IMG/VR virus record: IMGVR_UViG_3300027719_000273
Coordinates: 1 to 54,738 of that record
Reading direction: 5' to 3' (one strand)
DNA: 54,738 bases
Source of the DNA: a virus
Lineage: Duplodnaviria > Caudoviricetes
Of the stretch, positions 37,280-45,606 are shown piece by piece. Under the pieces are notes generated by a model. That model ran no database searches. It had not been told where the DNA came from and saw nothing but the letters and a program-made list of their open reading frames with translations. Within the stretch, counting starts at the first letter, position 1; each line of letters starts with the position of its first letter. The position numbers and the translations under genes are program-made.

Positions 37280-37938
37280 TGGCCCCGCCCCCTGTCCTCG
37301 TTCCAGCCGTGGTACGCCTTTCCGGTCGGTGCGTCCGGCTTCCTAGTCGATGCCGTTTCCTTGATATAGTCTTTAAGGTATTCCATGGCTTCTACCTGGT
37401 CGTCTATGGTACCGTGGGGTATTGCGACGTCCGCGTTGTGTATGTCTAGGCCCGACCTTTGACGCAGCCACAGAGTAACAATACCCGCAAAATTATGAGG
37501 TGCCACGAATTCTTCCGCAGGCCTTCCGTTTATCCTATACAGTAGGAAATGTTCCTGGGTACCGTCCCAGCAGGACAGTACTATAATTTCGTGGTGTCCT
37601 CCTAGGTACTTCACATACTCCCGGTTTACAACCACTTCGCCAGGCCTGCCTGGTATTATCTGCCCCGGTGCCAGGCCCTGTTCCAGCTGTAGGTTGTCGC
37701 CCCCGGCTACCGGGTTCTTATTCCCTACGCTGGTGTCGTTAAATACCCGGTAGCCCTTGATTATTGAAAGGTCTTTAAACCGTACTATACTGTAGTCTTC
37801 CAATTCAACGAAGCGCCCATTTTCGGCCAGGTTTGCGACGTAGTCGCCAGCGCCTGCTATGTCTATTTTCTGGTTAACTTCTTCCGGCGTCGTCGCTATG
37901 AAGCTGCCGACGACGGTAAGAATTTCGACTTTATACAT
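37276..37938 (-). CDS. Hypothetical protein
   Basis: 220-aa ORF with RBS. Confidence 0.7.
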   Translation of the reverse strand: MYKVEILTVVGSFIATTPEEVNQKIDIAGAGDYVANLAENGRFVELEDYSIVRFKDLSIIKGYRVFNDTSVGNKNPVAGGDNLQLEQGLAPGQIIPGRPGEVVVNREYVKYLGGHHEIIVLSCWDGTQEHFLLYRINGRPAEEFVAPHNFAGIVTLWLRQRSGLDIHNADVAIPHGTIDDQVEAMEYLKDYIKETASTRKPDAPTGKAYHGWNEDRGRGQ

Positions 37939-37949
37939 TCAATTCACCC

Positions 37950-38090
37950 CTAACTGATATTTGATAAGGATTCATGCAGTTCTAACCGCTTGCTTTCCAT
38001 GTTTTGCTTGTTTGTATCCGTGGGTTCTCTGTAGAATAATACAATAAACTCGTCCAATTCCTGGGATAGCTTTAACCTTTCATCTGACAT
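37950..38090 (-). CDS. 46-aa protein with Spo0E-type SQELD motif (absent from ORF track)
   Basis: MSDERLKLSQELDEFIVLFYREPTDTNKQNMESKRLELHESLSNIS; AAGGGGG RBS; fills the intergenic gap. Confidence 0.65.
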   Translation of the reverse strand: MSDERLKLSQELDEFIVLFYREPTDTNKQNMESKRLELHESLSNIS

Positions 38091-38104
38091 AATGTAAGCC
38101 CCCT

Positions 38105-38362
38105 TTATAGTTCTACATAGTCGCCGCCTTCGCCATAATAAACGACGTCGAATACTTCCTGCGCCAGTGATTTTACAGCCTGTAAGTATTCCTTCTGGAT
38201 TTCCCAGCGCTTCTTTTCGTCGTCCCAGCGTCTGGCTTTTGCGGGTACGATGTTCTTAAGGTTCATACGGAAGTTGTCGTTATAGCTTCCTTCTACGTAA
38301 AATATTTCTGGGTTCCTAGCACGAAAATAGGTTATGTATTGATGATTTCCAGTGCTGTTCAT
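38105..38362 (-). CDS. Small HARP-like domain protein
   Basis: SYNDNF...LKNIVP..RRWDDEKKRWEI pattern. Confidence 0.5.
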   Translation of the reverse strand: MNSTGNHQYITYFRARNPEIFYVEGSYNDNFRMNLKNIVPAKARRWDDEKKRWEIQKEYLQAVKSLAQEVFDVVYYGEGGDYVEL

Positions 38363-39049
38363 TGCTGCTTATCCCCCATTTCCAGTATGATGATTTTCCG
38401 GTATTGTACGCCCCAGGCTTTCGCGTCGGGTAGTTGGGACATTGTATAAGTCAATATGTTTACCCTTTACAGCGTCGCCTTTGTCCTCTACCGTAAAGAC
38501 GGCGCCTATACCTTCTATAACCACTTTAGTACCCAGCGGCAGTACTCTAAGGTCTGCTGCTATTGTATGGTTTTCTTTCACCATGGCACCGCTGTATGTT
38601 TCGCCGTAGCCTTCGTCGCCGGGGTTCTTACCTGTGCTTTCGTAGCCTGCCTTATAGGCTGTTATCTTGAATTCCTGGCCTAACGAATTAAATAGGTCAG
38701 AAGAAAGCCTATTACTGCGCCCACTGCTGCCCCTACTAGAAAGTTGCGTCGGGCTATTGTCTTCCGTGATTTCCGCATTATTTCCAGGTTGCGAAAACCT
38801 GCTTCTATTAGCTTCTGGGTCTGTTCCCGCAGCTGTAATACTTCTTGTTCTGCTTGTGCCAGCGCCTGGCGTAGCTGTGTATATGTTTTCCCCATTTCGT
38901 ACCTCTCTTTCCGTGTATATGGGCTGGGTTCCCTGCCTGGCCGTTCCCCCTTGTGCTTGTTCGTCATGTGTACAGCCCCCCAGTGCCAGGACTAGTATCG
39001 CCAGAAGGATAAACGCCCGGGGCTGTATTATTCGTCGTACTATTCTCAT
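38359..39049 (-). pseudogene. 3D-domain (lytic transglycosylase-like) lipoprotein, frameshifted near the 3' end
   Basis: Lipobox LALGGC; ITAY, IAAD, VEDKG, IDLY; one extra A at about 38443 displaces the end MSQLPDAKAWGVQYRKIIIL. Confidence 0.8.
38680..38895 (-). CDS. Overprinted 71-aa coiled-coil protein with C-terminal TM helix
   Basis: GAGAGGT RBS before ATG 38895; heptads then FLVGAAVGAVIGFLLTYLI; nested in the 3D gene linker. Confidence 0.55.
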   Translation of the reverse strand: MGKTYTQLRQALAQAEQEVLQLREQTQKLIEAGFRNLEIMRKSRKTIARRNFLVGAAVGAVIGFLLTYLIR

Positions 39050-39068
39050 AAGCGCTGCACCTCCTCCT

Positions 39069-40454
39069 TTATACAAAGTACTTAAGTATCGCCTGAGCTA
39101 TTTCTTCGTCGTAAGTGTCTTCGCAGGCGCCGTCTATGGTTATAATGGCATCGCCGTTTATAGCCAGTTCTTCCATATCGAAGGAATTAAGTATCAGCTT
39201 TTCTTCGAATACTCCTACCGTCGTCCTTATAGCCTTTTCAACCTTAAGGGCCATGACTTCCAGGGACCGCTTACGTATGTAGGCTTCTTTTACAAAGGTT
39301 TCGTATTCCGCTGGGTCTACCAGGTTTATAAGGTCCCTTACGAATATGCGGCGTATCTCCGTCGGTTCCAGCGCGTCCAATTCCAGGCCCATAGGTTCGC
39401 CGTCTATACCGCCTGTACGATCCAGCCATTTTTCCAGGTTCGCGGGCTTCGGGCTGTACTTGTTAGCTTCTACCAGGTCGTCGTCCAGCTGGTCCGGTGT
39501 TATGCCCACGCGCTTTACCTCGACGTTTATATGGCTCATACCTTGGGACGCCAGTATGTCCCTTACCTGGGTTTCCAGGGCTTCGGCGATATAGTACCCG
39601 GCCGGGTCGTAGTCTGTCATGGTCAGAATGTAAACTGTGTCGGCCCCGCCGTACAGGTCCTTTTCCTTGTAGTATCTGTCGCAGCCTATTTCCACTATCT
39701 TATGACGGCGTAGGAAGTCGGCGACGTTGCTTTTATACAGCTTTACCAGTTCCACTATCTGCACGTCCGTTTCGTCCAGTTCTTCCGGTTTGTATTCTTT
39801 CAGTAGATATTCGTTGTCTTCTACATACTGCTTCCAGTCGGCGTATTCGCTGCCGTCAAGTGGGAAAAGTTCGCCCTGGCTGTCGGCCTTCGCTAGCTTC
39901 ATACCGCGTATTAAGTCTTCCATGGCGCCCAGGCTGTTCTGTCCTTTACAGGATATGCAGCTACAGCCGAATAGCTGGGCTATGTCCTTTATTATGTTGT
40001 ATACAGTGTCTTTCTCTGTCGCTATGATAATGTTACTGTATGGGGCCAGTGTGGCCTTATAGCAGTATATCGCGCGGTTTACCGTGTAGTAGGTTACGCT
40101 GGGGTTTTCCCTCTGCCTGGAATTGTCCAGTATATGAAGGTCCTTGTAAGTGAGATAGCCACGACGCAGAAGGTCGGCCACGTATCGGGACAGTGTCGCA
40201 TCCCATTTCGTAAGGCTTTCTTCGGTCATATCTTCACTTTTTAGCTTGCCCAGTTTGTCCAGTGTCGGCTTTACGATACTGTACCATAAGCTACGTAGGC
40301 TTCGGTCGTAGTTTACGCTGGGGTAGTTCTTTTCCGACATAATGATGCTACGCATAAGGTAGCTGTTATCCACGTCCGGCGGAAATACTACCTGTAGTTC
40401 AGCCTTCGTTATACTTTTAGCGTTTTGCAATAATCTGTAAAATAAGTCTGCCAT
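39069..40454 (-). CDS. Spo11/Topo VI-A-like (Mini-A/DUF2399-type) TOPRIM protein
   Basis: SLRSLWY (putative catalytic Tyr), TEKD, CKGQ, TDYDPAG, VKRVGIT, ELDAL. Confidence 0.75.
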   Translation of the reverse strand: MADLFYRLLQNAKSITKAELQVVFPPDVDNSYLMRSIIMSEKNYPSVNYDRSLRSLWYSIVKPTLDKLGKLKSEDMTEESLTKWDATLSRYVADLLRRGYLTYKDLHILDNSRQRENPSVTYYTVNRAIYCYKATLAPYSNIIIATEKDTVYNIIKDIAQLFGCSCISCKGQNSLGAMEDLIRGMKLAKADSQGELFPLDGSEYADWKQYVEDNEYLLKEYKPEELDETDVQIVELVKLYKSNVADFLRRHKIVEIGCDRYYKEKDLYGGADTVYILTMTDYDPAGYYIAEALETQVRDILASQGMSHINVEVKRVGITPDQLDDDLVEANKYSPKPANLEKWLDRTGGIDGEPMGLELDALEPTEIRRIFVRDLINLVDPAEYETFVKEAYIRKRSLEVMALKVEKAIRTTVGVFEEKLILNSFDMEELAINGDAIITIDGACEDTYDEEIAQAILKYFV

Positions 40455-40472
40455 TGTATCTACCTCCTTAAT

Positions 40473-41588
40473 TTAGGCCTGCTTATTGGGTTCTAAAATC
40501 AGATCTTCCCATGCCACCCCAATGTAATCTAATACTTTCCCCCAGCCGTACTTCTCTCTGGTTACTTCGTCAGTGCAGCACCGATACATCCAAAATTCCC
40601 ACTCTTTAGGGTTTCGCTCTCTAAGCCTGTCGAAACGGTGGGGGCGTTTTTCCATATGAATTCCAAACCCACACATGTTGCATCCGGTTCTTTGCGCTAA
40701 TGTGGTGTATAATGTCCCATCAGGTTTCCTTTTTATTTCCCCATAGATTTCCGGTACAGGGGCCTTTAAATCAAGTGCCAGCTGTAATAAATCCTGCCGT
40801 AGAAATGGCGCAAACGGTGCGCTCCTGATAACTGTTTTTCCAAAATAATTGCAGCCATGTTCTATCAATGATTCTTCACGTTGACCACCCTCAGACGCCA
40901 TTAATCCAAGGTATGGATAGCTGTTATTCTTTTTTGCCCAATCGTCGCACGGCTTTTCTTTCATGTGATAACAGCATTTGTTGGACACTGCAAAAGGCGC
41001 CTCCATATAATCGGTTCCGTATTCTTCGTTAGCCATACCGGCAAATAGCTTAAGCCATTTTTGTGGTAGCTGCATTCTACTTTTTTTAGCAAAATGTCCT
41101 TGTTTGCCACACTCCCCGGTTATAATTGCGTGTCGTACAGTCTTGTTTTTCTCTGTTGGGTGTTGCAAAGTGTCAATCCTACCAGCAATTTTCTTCGATA
41201 TAACAGGGAAGCCTATATTATTCAGGACTTCAACTTTAGACTTGTAAGGATCAATCTTAATAAGGCCTAACTGCTCATGAATTCGTTGTATGCTTTTATC
41301 TTCTATTGATGATACAGATATTCCAGGTACATTGATTCCGATACTCTTAAGAAACAAGAATAGTGTTATACTATCCAACCCTCCAATAGACACATGGCAG
41401 TCATGTCCCCGTTTATCCATTTCAGCCCTGAATTCATACGCACGTATTTCTGCCCTACGTACCTTTATTTCATATGGGAGATTTTGTTGCGCTGTAAACT
41501 GATCTCTTTTTTTTGCTTTCTGTAGCTTCCACTCTTCAAGTGAAGTGTCTTTATTTATCGTGTTTTGTTCATCACCCCTCATGTTCAT
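40473..41588 (-). CDS. PAPS-reductase-like PP-loop protein
   Basis: SIGGLDS, SNKCCYHMKEKP, RTGCNMCGFG. Confidence 0.85.
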   Translation of the reverse strand: MNMRGDEQNTINKDTSLEEWKLQKAKKRDQFTAQQNLPYEIKVRRAEIRAYEFRAEMDKRGHDCHVSIGGLDSITLFLFLKSIGINVPGISVSSIEDKSIQRIHEQLGLIKIDPYKSKVEVLNNIGFPVISKKIAGRIDTLQHPTEKNKTVRHAIITGECGKQGHFAKKSRMQLPQKWLKLFAGMANEEYGTDYMEAPFAVSNKCCYHMKEKPCDDWAKKNNSYPYLGLMASEGGQREESLIEHGCNYFGKTVIRSAPFAPFLRQDLLQLALDLKAPVPEIYGEIKRKPDGTLYTTLAQRTGCNMCGFGIHMEKRPHRFDRLRERNPKEWEFWMYRCCTDEVTREKYGWGKVLDYIGVAWEDLILEPNKQA

Positions 41589-41592
41589 TAAC

Positions 41593-41871
41593 CTACCCCC
41601 TATTCTTAAGCTTCTGTATTAGCCTTTTGGCGTTATCCTTTTCGCCCTGAGTAGCCCCTGGGTCGTTTATAATTGCCTGTAGCTTGCGTATCTTATCCTG
41701 TTTCGGGTCCAATGCTTCTTCCATGGTTACATACTTCTTTTGCTGCTCCTGCTGTTGGCGCTTCTTTTCTTCGTAGCGTTCCTTTGCTGCTTTTACGCCG
41801 CTGGTGTCCATGGTTCCCATAAGAACAGCGTCCAGGGCGTCGTATATACTTTTATACCTTTTCTTGCTCAT
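41593..41871 (-). CDS. Small protein, DUF2786-like C-terminus
   Basis: DKIRKLQAIINDPGATQGEKDNAKRL. Confidence 0.55.
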   Translation of the reverse strand: MSKKRYKSIYDALDAVLMGTMDTSGVKAAKERYEEKKRQQQEQQKKYVTMEEALDPKQDKIRKLQAIINDPGATQGEKDNAKRLIQKLKNRG

Positions 41872-42004
41872 AGTCGCCCCCTGGTTCTTTTACTTGGAGG
41901 CTTTCACATTTGCCCCGGTAATTGATTTTTACAGCTTGCTTATGACATATTCCGTCGATACAATGGGTACATTCTTCGTTTTCGCAGTAGATATTTGTAG
42001 GCAT
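41852..42004 (-). CDS. Small Cys-rich protein (50 aa, absent from ORF track)
   Basis: MPTNIYCENEECTHCIDGICH...C; AAAGGGGG RBS. Confidence 0.6.
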   Translation of the reverse strand: MPTNIYCENEECTHCIDGICHKQAVKINYRGKCESLQVKEPGGDYEQEKV

Positions 42005-42023
42005 TTATATAACCCCCTTTGTA

Positions 42024-42099
42024 TCAATCTGTCTGTACGACAGATTGAATTCCTAAAAATAGCCTATACGACAGTCCTTTTAAACGTGTCAGATAGACA
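42024..42099. promoter_or_regulatory. Cluster of TGTC-N5-GACA operator-like palindromes
   Basis: TCAATCTGTC-TGTAC-GACAGATTGA (42024-42048), degenerate copy at 42061, perfect copy at 42087. Confidence 0.72.
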
Positions 42100-42102
42100 G
42101 AA

Positions 42103-44703
42103 TTAAGCGGTTTCCTTTTGCCCCAGTCCCTTAAGCCATTTATCATATTCTACCTTACTACCCCAGTTATACCCTATGGCAGCTTCCGCGATTATAGGTA
42201 CAGGGAAGTCGTCTGTAGGCTTTACTTCCATGGCCGCCTTTATCCAGTTGGCCGCAGCCTTTGTTCTTTCTGAATTATCGTCCATTTGAAATAGTATTTC
42301 GTCGTGAATTTGCGCCGCCATATCGTTATGACTGTGTACCAGTACCAGGCCTTCCAGGGCTTTTTCTTCCGGTGCGCCGTCGTCTATGCGCTGGAAGAAT
42401 TCGCGGCTGTCAGTTCCGACCTTATCGTATACCGCGTTCTGCGCCCGCTTCATAAAGTCAGCCGCGCTGCCCTGTATCGGTGTATTCCCGGCCCTTCTTT
42501 CGTCGCTGCCGCGTAGGTAGTTGTTGCTACTGTTGATATTCGGAAGTAACCTTATGTACCCATAGGCAGTAGTTACGTATCCGTTTTCGCGGGCCTGTAG
42601 GACGATATTACGCTGGTATTCCGGGATTCTGGGGTACGCTTCCTTTACGGCCCTTACCAGGGTCGCGCATGTTTCCAGGGACCAGCGCATATCCAATTCA
42701 GTTTTTACGGTCTTCTGTAGGGCGTATTCAGTACCGCCGTAGCATATGCCGAAGTTTGCAGGCTTTGCGCTATACCTTTCATGCTTTGTTACCTGGTCCA
42801 TAGGTTTACCTGTGGCCTTGCTGGCGGTCATTTTGTGCATATCCCCGCCAGTGTTGAATATTTCTATCATAACTTCGTCACCGGACTTCCAGGACATAAT
42901 GCGAAGTTCGAAGCCGGAAAAGTCGATAAAAAAGAATACCTTGCCTTCTTCGGCTTTATACATTGTACGTACGCCCAGTTCGTCATGGTCGGACCGTGGC
43001 ACGTTCTGGCCGTTCGGTCTGAAACAATTACAGCGACTGGTTTCAGTCCATACTCCGTAATTGTGATGTATGCGCTTTGTTACCGGGTGTAAGTACTTTT
43101 CCCTACCGTCTACGTGAGAAGATAGCAGCGTAGCGTATTTCTGTATCTTCTGCATTGTCCTAAGCAACTGTATACCCTGTTCCTTGTGCGGGTGCGGCTG
43201 CCTTCTTTTTATCCTTACGGCCCGGCGTTCATCCTTGCTTAAGTACGGGTCCGTTTCCGGATCCCTGGCTTCCCAGTCGTCCGGTAATGGGGTCGTAAGG
43301 TATTCTTCTTCGTCCAGGGTTTCCAGGTTGTTTTCCAGCATGAATATCATATCCAGAAGGGCTTCTTTATCCAGGCTGGGCGACCTGACCCCATCCTCTT
43401 TAGCCTTACCCCAGCTGGCGGCCGGAAGCTTCATTACGTCGAAGATAAGGTACCGGACGTCGCCAGTCTTACCCGCCTGGCCCGGGTCCACGTCTATACC
43501 GAAAGTGTCTTTAGCCATGTACCGTATTTCGTCCTGGTATTCCTTCTGCTTGTCTTCGGCTTCCTTGCGCTTCTCTGCGGCCAGTTCGGTATCCCAGGAC
43601 ATACCCCAGTATTCCATAAGGCCGATTACGCGCATAAATGGCATTTCGATATTATGCAGCCAGTCGTAGTACCTAGGTATCTGCTTTGCTATCTCTACCC
43701 AGTAGAAGTAGAGCTGTAAAGCGTAGTCGCTGTCCTCTGCGGAATAGCTTATAGTGTCCGGGTCGTCAGTACTGATTTCGTCGAAGAACTCTACTTTATG
43801 CTTATCCAGCAGCTTTTTAAACTCTGTCATTATGACGCCCAGGTATTCCTTTGTCATTTTCTTAAGGCTTTTACCTACGTAGGCTCTTTCGTCTGCCTGT
43901 ACTTTGCTGGGTGCGACTACTTGCAGGCAGCGTATTAACATTATAAACGGGTCGGCTACAGGCATGTTTATGTATTTGCCCTGGTGCGCGCTCTGCTTTG
44001 TTTCGAATGACAGATTATACGCGACCTTTACTATCTTGTCATTGGCGAATATAAGACGATCCAGAACGTCAAAGAATAGCTTACGGGCTGCTGACCTACT
44101 TAAGCCAGGTTCGAACATCAGACGGCCTTCCTTGTGATCTAGATATATTACCCGGGCTTCGTGTACTGCCGCTGCTATGGAAGCCGTACAGACTTTACTA
44201 CGCCACGGATCCAGTGGGCTTAAAAGGTGATCCTTTTGCTTCTCTGTGTATTCTTTAGTCAGTCCTGATATTTCAGCGTTTAGGGCTTTTACTACTGCTT
44301 TGTCCGGCTTCTCCTGGCCTTCTTCTGCTGCTGCCAGGGAAGCATTAAGCTGTGCCAGCTTCTTGTTATACTCTTTAAAGTAGTCAGCCCAGTGCTGCCT
44401 TTCGTCGTCGTCCGGCGCTGTTTCATAGTCGAAGCTGGCGTACCCGGTCAGCTCGCATTTTTTAGCGTATTCAGCTAACTCCTTCGCAGTCGTAATTACC
44501 CGGTAGTCCTTTGGCTGCTGTACGGGCATTTTAGGCCATACTACGGAGAATTCCCCAGGCTTACGCTTTACTACTCCTGTACCGTTGACAACCGCCAAGC
44601 CCTTACCTACGGAAGACGTAGCACTGGCGCTTAAGTTCTGCAATGTTGGCTTTGGTGCCGTCGCTAAGGTCTTCGTCTGTGGAAATAAGCTGCCTAGCCG
44701 CAT
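42103..44703 (-). CDS. polA: DNA polymerase family A with 3'-5' exonuclease domain
   Basis: FDYET, YNLSFE, YSAED exo motifs; DFSGFELR, RYSAKPANFGICYG, QIHDEI. Confidence 0.96.
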   Translation of the reverse strand: MRLGSLFPQTKTLATAPKPTLQNLSASATSSVGKGLAVVNGTGVVKRKPGEFSVVWPKMPVQQPKDYRVITTAKELAEYAKKCELTGYASFDYETAPDDDERQHWADYFKEYNKKLAQLNASLAAAEEGQEKPDKAVVKALNAEISGLTKEYTEKQKDHLLSPLDPWRSKVCTASIAAAVHEARVIYLDHKEGRLMFEPGLSRSAARKLFFDVLDRLIFANDKIVKVAYNLSFETKQSAHQGKYINMPVADPFIMLIRCLQVVAPSKVQADERAYVGKSLKKMTKEYLGVIMTEFKKLLDKHKVEFFDEISTDDPDTISYSAEDSDYALQLYFYWVEIAKQIPRYYDWLHNIEMPFMRVIGLMEYWGMSWDTELAAEKRKEAEDKQKEYQDEIRYMAKDTFGIDVDPGQAGKTGDVRYLIFDVMKLPAASWGKAKEDGVRSPSLDKEALLDMIFMLENNLETLDEEEYLTTPLPDDWEARDPETDPYLSKDERRAVRIKRRQPHPHKEQGIQLLRTMQKIQKYATLLSSHVDGREKYLHPVTKRIHHNYGVWTETSRCNCFRPNGQNVPRSDHDELGVRTMYKAEEGKVFFFIDFSGFELRIMSWKSGDEVMIEIFNTGGDMHKMTASKATGKPMDQVTKHERYSAKPANFGICYGGTEYALQKTVKTELDMRWSLETCATLVRAVKEAYPRIPEYQRNIVLQARENGYVTTAYGYIRLLPNINSSNNYLRGSDERRAGNTPIQGSAADFMKRAQNAVYDKVGTDSREFFQRIDDGAPEEKALEGLVLVHSHNDMAAQIHDEILFQMDDNSERTKAAANWIKAAMEVKPTDDFPVPIIAEAAIGYNWGSKVEYDKWLKGLGQKETA

Positions 44704-44705
44704 GA

Positions 44706-45173
44706 TTATTCAGCTCCCTTATATACTTCTATGATGTGGGCCAGGGCGTCGTCCAGGCTATCCCTGTGCGCTGTAAGGTGCCTTTTTACCCAGGGGTAGC
44801 TGTGTACCTTACTATTCGTTCCCCAGGCTATTACAGGCTTCTTAAGTTCTCTGGCAGCTACAACTACTTCGCCTATAGTGCCTATGCTTGTCCGGTTAAA
44901 ATTGAATTCTGCCAGTACTAAGCTGCTGCGGGCTATGTGGTATACGTTGCTGTCTACCACTTCCGGGGCTGGTGTGTTCACTACTTCGGCGCCATGGTAA
45001 GCAATGTCCATAAGCTGCTGGAAGTTACCACCGTCTACGCGTTCGCATGGGTCCAGGACTTCGAAGCCGTGGGACTTTAGTACGCGGGCGGCCTTTATAC
45101 GCCATTCCTTCATTTCCTCATATGTTAAGCCAGTCATGGTTCCGGCGAAATATACTACAGGTTTTTTACTCAT
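44706..45173 (-). CDS. Nucleoside 2-deoxyribosyltransferase-like protein
   Basis: VYFAGTM, VLDP, SIGTIGEV, KPVIAW. Confidence 0.75.
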   Translation of the reverse strand: MSKKPVVYFAGTMTGLTYEEMKEWRIKAARVLKSHGFEVLDPCERVDGGNFQQLMDIAYHGAEVVNTPAPEVVDSNVYHIARSSLVLAEFNFNRTSIGTIGEVVVAARELKKPVIAWGTNSKVHSYPWVKRHLTAHRDSLDDALAHIIEVYKGAE

Positions 45174-45178
45174 TGAAT

Positions 45179-45592
45179 TTATACCCCCTTGCAAAATAAT
45201 GTTTTATAGATACGTTCCGGTGTCTGGGTTTCCTCTACCCTTAGTAAGAATTCGTCTATACTGCTGTCGTTCTTCGAAAGGTTGCAGGGTCCGCAGGCTG
45301 TACACAGGTTTTCTACGGTGTTTTCCCCGCCTTTACTAAGCGGGTCCATATGGTCGAAGTGTACCTGGGCCGGAGTAAGCGGCGTTTTACAGTAGAAACA
45401 GGCTTTATTCGATATTTCGTACAGGTGCTTAAGTTGCTGACCCGTTACCTTTTCAGTACGGCCGTACTTCTCCCGCGCGTTCCGGTTTATGAAGCGCGCC
45501 CGATCGCTAAAGTAAGGTAGGCGACCTTCTTCTTTGTTGCGCTGTTCATACAGCTTTACCCGATCCTTTCGCTTGTGCCAGGGTACAGGCAT
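45179..45592 (-). CDS. HNH endonuclease
   Basis: CFYC...DHMDPLSKGG..NLCTACGPCNLSK. Confidence 0.92.
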   Translation of the reverse strand: MPVPWHKRKDRVKLYEQRNKEEGRLPYFSDRARFINRNAREKYGRTEKVTGQQLKHLYEISNKACFYCKTPLTPAQVHFDHMDPLSKGGENTVENLCTACGPCNLSKNDSSIDEFLLRVEETQTPERIYKTLFCKGV

Positions 45593-45606
45593 ACTACCCG
45601 CCCCCT

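Noticed and set aside
39069-40454. Wadjet (JetABCD) defence system
   Set aside because: No adjacent jetABC genes; the SMC-like gene is far away and paired with SbcD
40473-41588. Dnd phosphorothioation system (dndC)
   Set aside because: No dndA/B/D/E neighbours; solitary phage-type PP-loop protein
45179-45592. HNH as an intron-encoded homing endonuclease
   Set aside because: Flanking genes are complete and uninterrupted; it is free-standing
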